NCBI RefSeq assembly: GCF_009914755.1
Contig: NC_060933.1
Strand: one strand, 5' to 3'
DNA length: 64,000 bases
From: the human T2T-CHM13v2.0 reference genome, Homo sapiens
In this document: piece by piece, positions 21,292 through 40,883 of the stretch
Numbering within the stretch: position 1 is the first letter of the stretch
How the letters are laid out: the number at the start of each line of letters is the position of its first letter
Translations under genes and position numbers: made by a program
The notes under the pieces: generated by a model
The model's input: the letters and a program-made list of their open reading frames with translations, nothing else
Database searches by the model: none
What the model was told of the DNA's origin: nothing

Positions 21292-22084
21292 GACAGAAGA
21301 GAAACATCTTTAAAGTATTCAAAGAAAAAAAATGAAAAATGTCAACCTAGAGTTCAACATTAAGCAAAATCTTCAAAAACAAAGGCACAATGAAGACATT
21401 TTTAGACATTCAGAAGATGAAAGAGTTTATCACTAGCAGATCTACACTATAAAAAATGTTAAAAGATATCTTCCAGGTAGAAGGAAAATGCCAGTTGGAA
21501 ATCTGTATTTATACAATGGAATGAATGGCCCTAGAAATGCTAACTACTACATGGAGAAATGTTTAAGAGTTTACTGTCCTCATTTAAGTTGCTTTAAAAG
21601 ATGATTATTTTGACAAAATTAACAAAAGTAACAGGATTTATAATATATGTAAAAGTAAAATTCATAAGGACAATAGCATAAAGGCTAGGATGGGAGAAAT
21701 GGAAGAAAACATAGAGGAACTCCTTAATAAATTTCTTGAGTACAATTATGACTTAAAATCCCGAAGCCATAATAGAAAAGATTAACAGAGTCAGCTATAA
21801 ACTTTGTGTGGCAAACACAAAGCACTAATCAAGTATAAGCAAATCAAAAGGTAAACGACAAAAAGAAAATACATTTGTAATTCATCACAGATAATAATGT
21901 CACTAATACTGAAAGAGCCTAATGCATAAAAATTGGAAACAGCCCAATAGAAAAATGTGCAAAGAATATTTATGGCCAGTTTTCAGAAACTCAACCTATA
22001 CTCATAAGAGAAATACAAATGAAAACTACATTGAGACTATAATTTTCCAAACATTAGATTGGCAAAAATCTAAAAGTTTGGTAA

Positions 22085-22409
<325 letters not shown>

Positions 22410-22871
22410 TATTTGTGAAGTCATTAAAAAAAACTATTCTCATACATTGCTAGTGGGACTGTAAATTGGTAAAGCTTCCATCAAAATTACAAATACATAT
22501 ACCTCTAACTCAGCAGTGCACTTTTGGAATGTCACCCTGATACACATCTGTATATATGTGAAATGACATATATGTCCCAAATTATTGAATACAGCATTTT
22601 AATACCTAAAGACAGAAAACAATCCACATGAGTATCAATAAGGGCTTGCTTAAAGATCTTTTGTATATTATAAAGTGAAATTCTATGTAGGTACAAAAAG
22701 AATGAGAAAATTCTGTGAAATAAAGTTGAAATCTTTCCAAGATGTATCATATTCCATTAAATCTAAAATGTACTTTTCTCACATTTGAACATCTCTGAAA
22801 TTATGCCGTATCTTATAATTAGTAACTTACAATTATAATTGGCAGCATTTTTCCTTTCTTAGAAGTACTTA

Positions 22872-23181
<310 letters not shown>

Positions 23182-23483
23182 TCAAAAATAATAGTTACAT
23201 TCCATTGGATTTTGAAATCAATGAATTATGACATCATCAGTTGAGAACACTAAATGCAGAACCACATGGAGCACATGCTATCTCTCAATTCAAAGAGAAT
23301 CTGTTTAATGCAATGTAGTGTCCTGGACTGTATCCTGAACAGAACAAAGATACTAATGAAAAACCTGGGGAAATCCAAATAAAATCTGAAGTTTAGTTAA
23401 TAATTCACAATGATGTTAGCTTCTTAGTGGTGATAAACATGCTACGGCAACATAAGATGCTTTCATTTCAGGAAACCGGGTGA

Positions 23484-24599
<1,116 letters not shown>

Positions 24600-24991
24600 T
24601 AAACTATAACAGCAATCCATGGCTTGGCTAGGGATGGTGTCCACAACTCCTAAAATTCTCTACCCAATGTTATGCAAATGAATTTATGTACATTTTTCTC
24701 AGTAGAGGATACATAAGGAAACAGATTATTATGCAACCATATAATGGAACAGTATGCATCCACTAAAAAAAGATATCCATGTTTAGAAGTGTTTATGACA
24801 ATAAAATATTCCACTACATTATATGAAATAGGAAGAAACTAATGATATGATAGTACTTGGAATATTTATCTTGTTGATGTGAAAGTATATGCGACATAGC
24901 AAGACTCCCTCTCAAAAAAAAAAGTGTATTTCTCTATAGACATATCTGTGTATCTAAACATGCTCTGAACAATCTAAAAACCTAACTGTGG

Positions 24992-25872
<881 letters not shown>

Positions 25873-26179
25873 CTAACTGTGGTAGTCATTAGTGCTGTTC
25901 ACCAAATATTTCTGGCCTGTTGGATGGAACCATTTGATTACTTCTGGCCTGTGAGCTATGAGTGGAAAAAGGCATCTAAATGTTAATTCCAGACCTTCCA
26001 CAGCTCTTTTCCCTCTGCACAGGGACCAGCAATACTGAGAAGATGCTGCTCATCAGCCCATGTCCCCAAGCAGTCACAACAAGCACAGTTCCCTGCTGAA
26101 GCACAGCACCTCTGCAAAAAAGAATTACGTCTGTATTTTCAGCTGCTGAGATTTGGGGGTCTTATTTTTTATTACCACA

Positions 26180-26520
26180 TATGTTAGTCCGTTTTCACGC
26201 TGCTGATAAGGACATCCCCGAAACTGGGCAATTTACAAAAGAGGTTTAACAGACTCAGAGTTCCACGTGGCTGGGAAGGCCTCATGATCATGGCAGAACA
26301 TCTCACACAGCAGCAGACAAGAGAAGAGAACTTGTGCAGGGAAACTCCCCTTTATAAAACCATCAGATCTCATGAGACTTATTCACTATCATGAGAACAG
26401 CACAGGAAAGACCTGCCCCCATGATTCAATTACCTCTCACCAGCGTCCCTCCCACTACACATGGGAATGTGGGAGCTACAATTCATGAGATTTGGGTGGG
26501 GACACAGCCAAACTATATCA
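26180..26520 (-). mobile_element. THE1 (MaLR) solo LTR, THE1B-like
   Basis: Minus strand begins TGATATAGTTTGGCTGTGTCCCCACCC. 5-bp TSD CCACA (26175-26179, 26521-26525). Appears nested in an older MLT1-like LTR (~25880-26550). Confidence 0.88.
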
Positions 26521-26928
26521 CCACACAACCAAGTCTAACCTAACTAATGGAATTAGCTATTCTTTGCTATTAGGATCACTGATGATTTTTTTTCTCTCTC
26601 TCTGCGTTCTTTTTTTAAAAGTAATGAGCACCTATATCATAGAAACTTTATTTGTGGGCTGGGGAGAGACGCAGGTTTAGCAGGAGCCTTAGCACTGAAG
26701 AGACAGTAACTACACCAAGGCTATTATCACCACATCTCGACTTAGAGAAGCTTGAAACCATCAGCTTCCAGCCAGCTACTGGATGGAAACCAGAAGCTTA
26801 ACCATCCGTTAAGATCTTCCATCTCCCTTTGTTCCAATTCTGTGCTCATTGAGTAACCTAAGAGCAGTGAAAAAAAACAAGATGCAGAACAATGAGAATA
26901 ATGTGGTGTCATTTGAGGTGATAGAAAC

Positions 26929-26930
<2 letters not shown>

Positions 26931-26969
<39 letters not shown>
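26931..26969. repeat. (CA)19 microsatellite
   Basis: Read directly. Confidence 0.97.
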
Positions 26970-26971
<2 letters not shown>

Positions 26972-28097
26972 TACACAAAACATCTCTGGTAAGACACACA
27001 AGAGGTTAGTAATATTGACAGATTATGGGGAGGGAAAACAGGAAAGTGCCTTAGTCTATGTTGTTTACTCTTTTGTTATCTTTTGAATTTTGAACCTACA
27101 TGCATATATTACCTATTAAAAAATAAACAAAATAAAATGAAAAACTTAAAAAAAAGAAAGCAACTCTAGGTGAAGAGGTATAATGCTGTCTAGTTGGCCA
27201 CATTTGAAAAATACAGGAAGCCTAACCAAGGGCCAGGCATAGGCCAATGATAAATGCGTCATGAAACTAGAAACCTGGCTGTACCACAAGTGCAGGCTTA
27301 AAGGGGAGGAAGACCAGCACTACTTAGTCAAACACATTCTAAATGCTGCCCACTGACATTCGAGAAACTGCAGAAAAATTATTTCTAAAACTATTAAGCT
27401 TCCAACGTCAAGGCTTTTATTATTGAATCTTGATCCCATGTGAAAGCTTGAGCATGTTAAATTCCACTTCTTACAAGATTAGCACTATGACTTATTTTTC
27501 CCCTCCAGTAAGAACAGACTGAATTACCTCTGAAGAAAAAATGAAAAGACACTGCGCAAGATTTTAATAAAGAGAGGAAAGCATCCAAAAAGGTACCGAT
27601 AGTAAACAGCACTGAGTGACATCACATGCGGTAACCTGTGATCTCCCTATTGCCTAGCTTCGTGTAAGCATGTGACACACAGATTAGAAACCCTGGAACA
27701 ATTAAACCAGTAGATCCACCTTGAAACATTCCCAAGAGTGCCAAAGTATTTGTTATCTTCCCTTATTCGAAATAAAAGACTTAAAGTGGTTGACTTTACA
27801 GGCACACACTCTGTCTAGCTAAGGACGAGGAGTTCCTGGAAATGGAACTTGAACGGAATCCACAGTCTCTGTGGAGATCCATTCCTGGCATGCTACACTG
27901 GCAATGGCTCAGCTCTTCCAGTCACTCCACATTCACCGAAGTCAGGACCTGTCACTGGCCATAATTCTAGTTACACAACTGTTAGTCAAACTTCCAAGCT
28001 ACAGTGATGTTTATAAAGCCTTTCATAAAAATCACACAACTTCCAAGTCCTTAATTGCATACTTATCTTTACCTGGTTTCCTTAAACATTTCCTTGA

Positions 28098-28743
<646 letters not shown>

Positions 28744-28979
28744 GAAGCTTGCATTTTAAACACCCAGTTTAGTACTCACCTTTCCACTGCTTCTAACAAA
28801 TCCGCCCTGTCACATGCATATGCTTTCTCAACATTCACTGTCAAAAATGCCCTACCAGGACACAACATAGTGACAATAACACATTCAATTTAAGGATAAT
28901 GGTTGAGAGGGAACCAGCTAAGAACTTACAATAATAGCACTAAGAGCACAGAGGAAAAAAAAAATAACAATAACGTAAT

Positions 28980-29437
28980 GGAATGCAGCAGGCGCTGTTA
29001 AGAACCAGCCATATCCCCTTCCCATTTTCAGCACAATTTCCAATTTCCAATTGTACCACTATTTCTTTCAGGGCTTTCTCTGGCCTAAAGAGTCCATTTT
29101 GCCTACTGTCATAGGACTTGAAAATGATCATTCCCCACTCCCCAGCAAGACACAAGCAGGGGTAAGTGACTGGCATATAAATATCCCACGCCCTCAACCC
29201 TCAGTGAGGAAAACTCTGCAGCGTGTGTCCTATACTGGCTCCCAGGGTTCCCCTGCGGCCTCTAACTCCATTCCCACAGTAGTAACCTGCCTGATAATGA
29301 GCTATTTGTGGCTTGCCTTTCCTTACCATCTCACTTCCCCACTCCCCTGTGAGTGCTTCCTGGGATCATTTCCCAAAGGAAGTACTTTCACTGGATCCTT
29401 GACTCAGCATCTGTTCTGGGGAATGCAAAGCAAGACA
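28980..29437 (+). mobile_element. old ERVL LTR (LTR16/LTR33-like)
   Basis: 3' end tctgttctggggaatgcaaagcaagaca is typical of this group. Confidence 0.5.
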
Positions 29438-29462
29438 CTGACTGCAGACATATATATGCCTA

Positions 29463-30138
<676 letters not shown>

Positions 30139-30176
30139 TTATTTGTTCTCTGAAATCATTTTAAACTAAGAGTTCC

Positions 30177-30826
<650 letters not shown>

Positions 30827-31190
30827 TTTAAATAAGAATTCCTAATCCAGAGCTTTGATTAAAAAAAACAAAAAAAAATCTGAGTTTATTGGGAATTTAA
30901 TGGTTAGCTTTCAGAATATCCCACATATCTTTATTTTGGAAATTCCCAAAACTCTCACATTAAGAAAAAATTCTATTAGCACTGTGGCAGGAAATGGTTG
31001 TCTTCTGAATCCATAAATTTAAGCTCTAAAAATCTGATCAATGCTACCTGAAAAGGCCCCCATGGATAAGGGATGCTTTGAGGTATTTCTTCCTTTTCCT
31101 GCCTTCCTCAGTAAGACAGATTTCATTAAATTTTTTTTTTTTTTCATTTTGGAGCAAAGCTGTTATTCACTTCAGGTTAAACGTGATGTC

Positions 31191-31746
<556 letters not shown>

Positions 31747-32668
31747 CTATTTTAAAACTCCTTTCCAAGGATCCCATTCATTCAGAGGCACACATCTTGT
31801 TTGACTCTCTATGAGTTTTACAGATAAGGTCTTCCATGCAAAACAGCTGGCGGCACCAGGTTGTACCTTGCCTGACCCAGTCTGTGTGCTAGTGTCAATT
31901 CCCAGACGTCAGTGGTCCAGTCTGAAATCTCTACCACATCTTTTTCAGCAGCTATTACAAGGATGAGACTATCAAACGCACTCAAACATGTCTGGATTGA
32001 ATTAGTGCTGTATGCCCTTTCAGTTACAGTAGTTTAAAATTAGAATATATTAATAGTGGAGTTAAAATCCCAGCCTCAGCTGTGTTTGTTAGATAAACTC
32101 AAAGCTTTTTTGACAGTTCATTGTCAGAAAGAAAAGAGATGCATATTAAGATGCTTCACTTTCACGTATTAGCTGCTTCCAACAAACTATCTAATGACAG
32201 TATTACAATAATAAATTCCAAGAGCAAACTGAGAACAACTCCCCAAAATTTAAGACCGACATTTTAATTCTATTATACATTCATGTCAAAGCAGTTCTTC
32301 CCCAGCACCCATAAAAGAATGGAAAATTAGAATGCTTTTCAGTTCAAGTCACACAGTTAAATCTAGTTCCCGAAATATTTAGCAATCTTTATCTTTAGTG
32401 CCTTCAATTTAAGAAGCAATACTCAGCTTAAAGGTGCTCTGTAATTACTTCTTACCGAGAATAAACAAGAAATCTTATTTTAAATTATATCCTCTGGGAT
32501 AGCAAGAGATCCAAATTAGAGATATAGAACTAATTGAAATGTAGACCTTTTCCTTTAGATGTATTTTAATAGAGATAGGGTTTTCGGTGAATTATTAACA
32601 TATACTTATATATGATCAGTTACATACCAAAATGACACTATTCCCTGTTGTTTAAAGGTTAAAACACA

Positions 32669-32670
<2 letters not shown>

Positions 32671-32701
<31 letters not shown>
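32671..32701. repeat. (CA)~15 microsatellite
   Basis: Read directly. Confidence 0.95.
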
Positions 32702-32703
<2 letters not shown>

Positions 32704-32759
32704 AAAGACACACAAGACAGATTTTCACCAGACATTGGAAAAATTATTCATATATATAT

Positions 32760-33040
32760 ATTTTTGAGATGGAGTCTCACTCTTTCACCCAGGCTGGAGT
32801 GCAGTGGCACAATCTCTGCTCACTGCAACCTCTGGTTCAAGTGATTCTCCTGCCTCAGCCTCCTGAGTAGCTGAGATTACAGGTGCATGCCAACACGCCT
32901 GGCTAATTTTGTATTTTTAGTAGAGATGGGGTATCACCATGTTGACCAGGCTGGCCTTGAATTCCTGTCCTCCAGTAATCCACCTGCCATGGCATCCCCA
33001 AAGTGCTGGGATTACAGACGTGAGCCACTGCGCCCAGACC
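32760..33040 (-). mobile_element. AluS
   Basis: TSD aaattattcat. Confidence 0.93.
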
Positions 33041-33873
33041 AAATTATTCATTTTGTATAGGAATGATCGAGTGACATTTCCAACACACAATTCTTTCAAA
33101 CTGATGCTATTTAAATGATGAAAAGAGCAAAACTACATAATGACTAATTCTTTCATTACCTGTCTTCATTCAGATGATGATTTAAGAGTGTATTCTTTCT
33201 CAGTCTTCAGGGAAAAGGGGCATGTTATAAATCTTCACATCCCTTGCCCCTCCATTCTTTAATAACACTTGGCCCAATTCAAGTAGTTACTCAATAAATA
33301 CTTGTTGAATGGATACATTAATTAATTCCATAGCACCATTCATATAAATATAGATAATAAATGAGCAAAACGCAAAGAATGATTCAGCTGAGATGGTCCT
33401 AAAATTGAGAGAAGGCTTTGCAGAATTCAGAATTTGTAATGATAGTATTGCATTATGGATTGGATATAAAAAGATCAATGTCATAAATTGCAAAGCAGTG
33501 CCAAGAAAGTAATGTTACTTTCAAATGAGAACTTGAAAGAACAATAAATATCACAGACATCAGGAACAAGATGTTTTTATTTTGTAAAAAGTACACTGCC
33601 AACCAAATTTTAATGGTATAAAACTGAACTACCTGAGAAATGAAGTTGATATGTGATCTTATGCAACTAGAATTAATTTATCCAGCCTAGCTTCTTCAGC
33701 TTTTCAGACTCAAAGACAATGAATAGGACCAAATTTTTGAGCCAACTGGTGAATGAAGCATTCTCTAAGAGAACTGCTCCTCTAGAATATAAATAATGCT
33801 GAGATTAAAGAAGCTGTATAAAAGACCAAGAGATTAAAGTTAGAATTGTTTTAAATTGGAAAGATATATAGAT

Positions 33874-33895
33874 ACACACACACACACACACACAC
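33874..33895. repeat. (CA)~11 microsatellite
   Basis: Read directly. Confidence 0.95.
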
Positions 33896-33968
33896 CCATT
33901 CAGATTTGTTTTTTGCTTACTGCCCGTATCTGAGGCATTTGAAAGTCAACGTGAATAAGAATACTTCA

Positions 33969-34271
33969 TTTATTTATTTATTTATTTTTTGAGATGGAGT
34001 CTCACTCTGTCACCCAGGGTGGAGTGAAGTGGCGCAATCTCAGCTCACTGCAGGCTCTGCCCCCAGGGGTTCACGCCATTCTCCTGCCTCAGCCTCCTGA
34101 GTATCTGGGACTACAGGTGCCCGCCACCACGCCCGGCTAATTTTTTGTATTTTTAGTAGTGATGGGGTTTCAGCATGTTAGCCAGGATGGTCTTGATCTC
34201 CTGACCTCGTGATCCACCCGCCTCGGCCTCCTAAAGTGCTGGGATTACAGGCGTGAGCCACCGCACCCGGC
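33969..34271 (-). mobile_element. AluY
   Basis: TSD aagaatactt. Confidence 0.93.
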
Positions 34272-37200
34272 AAGAATACTTTTTAAATTAAAAAAAGAAT
34301 ATAGAAGCACTTCCCTGTTTCCCAAGTTAGCATTTCATGACATTTCCCTCTTGCCAAATTCAGTAAATAGGATATAAATCTGTCTATTAGTCAAATAAAT
34401 GTCTAGAAAGAACTAAATGACCACAAAAAAAAAAAAACAGGAGTAGCTGTTATAGTTATAACAACTCATTGTGAGTACCCTTTCCACAAGAGCCTATGAA
34501 AGTGAAATTCAATTTAAAAAGAAAAACTGAATATTACCAAAAAATATCTACCACCCAAAACCTGGCATTCATATTAATCCAATGAAATATCGCAGAAACT
34601 ACTTTCAGTATTAACTATCACAGAAACCAACAAAACCTTTCATATAAAGACAAATTTCAACTTAAGTCATAAACATACCAATGCTGCTCTACAGTTACAG
34701 AAAACTGAATCTGCTACCTAAGATTAAGACCAGCAAACAGGAAAGGACGGAACCAAGAATGACAACTAACAGATTAAATTCTACAGTTTAAAGTCATATA
34801 AAAGAACTGCAAAGTAGTCAATGATCTGAATACCTTTGTTGGAGCAGTATCCATGAAAAGCTATAGAAAAAAAAAAAAGAGAGAGAGAAAAGGGCGTAAA
34901 ACTTTCATATAAACTAGAGAGTCCAGATGAGATCTACACATTCCAGTTCAATATCCTTGAGTTTAGGAAGGTTACAATCAATTTTGGAAAATGTTTTCAA
35001 AAGTAATCCCTGCCTAATATGGACGTCAATTCTTCTTATAACACTAGAAATCAAATGACTCACTTTGGAAGCTAAAAATGAAATAGTGGAAAGAAACAAT
35101 ATTTGAAGATTAGTTAGTTCCTGCGAACCAGTCTGTTTGTCTCTAATACAATCTCTTCCATATTTGTCCTCAACAACTCCGCACCTACTTACCTCATTCA
35201 TAAAGATGCCTGATCTAGATGAGGCGTGGCTTTGAGATGTTCAGATGGTCTGTCCATGTTTGCATGTCAACTTACAGATCCTTATAACAATGTTAATGTG
35301 AAGGATTTACTTAGGTTATACAAATATTCAGTAGCTAAGATGGGAAGGAAAACAAAAAATACTGGCTACTAAAATTCATTTTTCCCAGGGTAATAAAAAA
35401 TAGATTTAAAGATCTCATTTCTTCTTTATATCCTATTCCCAACCTTTCCAAATAACTTGTCTCTCTGCTACACATTAAGCATGGAAAGGTCCTTTGAAAG
35501 CAATTTGTTTTACAAACAAAAAAACAAAAAAAGACCCTGTCTGCCAATAATATGCACCATTAGTTTCAAATCTTTTGGATAATCGTCTGTGAAACACTAT
35601 TTTAAAACATATACAAGAGCATTTTTTAAATTAACCACTCTGAAAATTTATATTCTATCAGTAAATAATTTCATATATTGTTTTATTTTCTACCTCAGGC
35701 TCTCCCATGGTAGAGGGGTCTCCCATCTTTAAGAAGACCTCCCCAACAATAAGCTTAGCTGCAATTTAATATTAGGCAATATAAGTCTTCAGTATAATAA
35801 AAATACATAACAATAGCCTCAAGAATGAAGTAACAGCTTTGGTTTATTCCTCCTTTTACAGGGAATCTTTCTAAAGAGAAACTCTAACATTTATCCCAAG
35901 GCAGAAAAGATGATCACCACGGCACCAAACCTCCTCCGCTGCTCTGACAAATACAGAGCCAGCCTCATCTGGAGCATTTCTGCCCTGAGCTCGCTCTCAG
36001 AAGCAGACAGAGGAACACACTGCATTTCCACTGTGCTGATTCACTGAACCTTTTGTGCAAGTACACGGGAATGTTTGCTTCTTAGCTTGAAACCCTTCCA
36101 GCCGTGATGACTGTGCCTCAGCCTGCCCTTTGTCCTCGCAGCTGCTGTCACGCGTGTGACACAAGAGAACACTGATGCAGCCCTGGCCATCAATGGGCAT
36201 CAAGCCAGGCACTTCATATGCATCCCCTTCATTTCATTCTCACAACAAATCTGTGGCAGATGAAAGCATCGAGGCTCCAAAAGGTTACTAATAATCTGTC
36301 TGTGCTCAACCCTGGGATGGGGCAGAGACTAGGTTTCCCCAGTGTCCTCATGCCTAGTGGCTAGCTTAGCTGGCCTCATAGAATTGGCTCTTCAAAAACT
36401 CTTTGATTAAAGTTTTTCTTCCCTAAAGATTTCAACCGCAATATGCGATATGGTTACTCTATATGCTAGTTCTCCCTCAGACCCTCCCAGTGTTATTTTC
36501 TCAATTAACACTGAAAACATAAACTCCATGAGAGCAGGGACTATCTCTAGCAGTGCTCTATTTTTAGCACTTGAGGGGAAGAAAGCTTGGCAGAGTAGGT
36601 ATTCATTTGCACATATTCATTATGCATTTGTTGAATGAATAAAATATCCGGAAAACTGGGGCTGTTAATGACAGTCAATTTGGAAAACAGCATGACCTGC
36701 AGAAGACCTGAATGATGTACTTGTTTTGCTCATTTTCCTCAAATTCAGTAGGTAATTATTCATCTCCTAGCCTAAGTAGCACAGGACTAACTAGGAGATA
36801 TCCAATAAATCATTTATGTACAACTCTGTGAAGCAGCTTTATCTGCTGGCAACAGTAAAAGTCAGGTAGTCATGGCTTTGCCAAAAAGAAACTACATCAT
36901 TGTGGCCCAATTTTATCTCTGGCCCTTTGGCTTCTTCACAGGGGAATGTGGAGGGTTTTGATCTCTTGAAATTCTTTCCCCTGTCCTATCAATTCAGTGA
37001 TTCCCACAGACTATCTCAGAAATTTCCAAGAAATGTCACTTGTGTGCATCAATGCCTTTCTTCCATCCTAAAAATCCACAGTGTGGTTTCAGTCCAGCTC
37101 TTCCTAACCCCAGCAGAAACTGGGAACATTCCTTCCCATTCAAAAGCACAGAGCAATTACAATTTGCACTGACTGGCAACTCCCTGGCATCAGTACCATT

Positions 37201-37996
37201 TCTGCAACACAATTATTCCACCTTCCATTCATGTCTGTGCCCAACTACTCTGTATGTCCACTTAAGGAGTGACATTTGAAACTGTCAAACTGTTGCCTCC
37301 ACGTGGTGTTGGAGTGCCTGAGGAATTAGATTTAAAGCAGATAACTAACATGAATATCAGAAGTGAAGATGTTGAAGAATTAAGCAAGCATAGAAATCAA
37401 GAAAACAAATTCACATTACAGACAAATTTAAGTGTAAGTAAAGGAGAACCAAGACATAGGCAAGAAGAAAAATGCACACTACACACTATGATGGGCTTCA
37501 ATTCCTGAAACTGGATAATCTACTATAACACAAAACTCTTGAAGAAAAAGCAATTTTTTTCCTTGACTCAGTGTTCTACATAACAGCATTCCTTTTCTAT
37601 CAAGAAAAATATACTTCCATCACTGCAATGAATATGCATGACTATTTTACATAGTAAGCATGCAATAAATACTTCTTGAATTAATGAATAAATTTTCCCT
37701 GTCTAATGTCTGCTGTGAATTTTAAAGATCTTAAAAAGGAAGGAGGGAGGAGACAATGCTGTATTTGTTTATTTGATGAGTATCCAATATATCACCATTA
37801 ATTAGTGCTTTAAAATGGCAATCCTGACCTCAATTAGTGTTTTTCCAATAAAATTATTTACTATTATAATACAGACAGTCTTTAAAAGTTAGATCATGGC
37901 AGACACTCGAAAACTTGTTTTTAAAAAGGTAAAGAAATTTAACACAAACCACCAAGAATCTTTTAGCCAGTAGCTATTACCAATATTCTTTACTAA

Positions 37997-38928
<932 letters not shown>

Positions 38929-39819
38929 TGACCTTTTGTTTTCATGGTGGACTGAAACTGAACTAGCAGTATAGTTCAAGTAAAAAAATCCGTGTCATTG
39001 CACATGGCAAGAGGTGAATGAATGGCTCCGTGAGAGGTGGATGGGGTTGGAATGAGAGTTAAACCCCTTAGTCTGCTCCTAGTAAGAGTAAATGCCCAGT
39101 ATAGTGGTGTGGGTGGCTAGATACTAAACAATAGTGATTATATAACAAATGATGACAGGAACAAAAATAGGGATTAAGCATCCTATATTAAATACACACA
39201 CACGAAGTATCCTGGGATCTATGGGAATTCAATTTACAGATTAAATAGGCTGCAATAAAAATGTCAAGGGACTAAGTTAAAAAATGATGTATTTAAGGGC
39301 AGGGTGGACAGAAGTGACAATATGCATTAATTTTTACAAACCTACTCCACTGTGAAAGAATCTTGTCAATCCAATATTAAGTGCTGGCAAGGATGTGGAA
39401 TAATTGGTGCATTGCTTGTGGGAACGCTGGCGGCGTAGCCATTCGGAAAAAGAGTCTGACAGTTCCTTAAAACATTAAACGTGGAGATACCATGTGATCC
39501 TGCCATTCTACTCCTGGGTGTTATACTGAAAACATGTCCATGCAACAACCTGTATATGAATGTTCACAGCAGCATTATTCCTAATAGCCAAAAAGTCCAC
39601 TGAGGAATGGATAAAGTCCATATGTACTCTGGCCTGGCGTTTTCACCTCTAGAAATACACTCTATAGATATAGTCACACATATAAACAGACACATACATT
39701 GATGCTACTGCAGCCATTTGCAATAGGGACTGGAAAACCCCCAAATAACCAGCTATTTATTACTACTAAATAAATCATGATTTGGCCATATAATGCAGCC
39801 ATCAAAAGATAACTAATCA

Positions 39820-40639
<820 letters not shown>

Positions 40640-40883
40640 TCAAGCCTTCCCCCAAAAGCCCAATAAAAAGTAATCTGAACTCTGTATCTGAAGATACTTT
40701 AATTGGCCTTGTATATCACACTGCAACAGACTGATTAAGTATCATTTTTCCAGGAAGCCAAGACTATCACTGAGGGACACCTAGAGAAGTCACAGGGAAA
40801 GGTGACTATAACCTTTACTCCCCTGGAGCTCCCTTACATTAAAGCTGGACCCTTCCGTTATTAGGGCTTGCAATCTGATAGGA

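Noticed and set aside
33160-33204. 45-nt exon ending at CAG|GTAATG
   Set aside because: The acceptor is an AAG with an interrupted tract; too weak to support.
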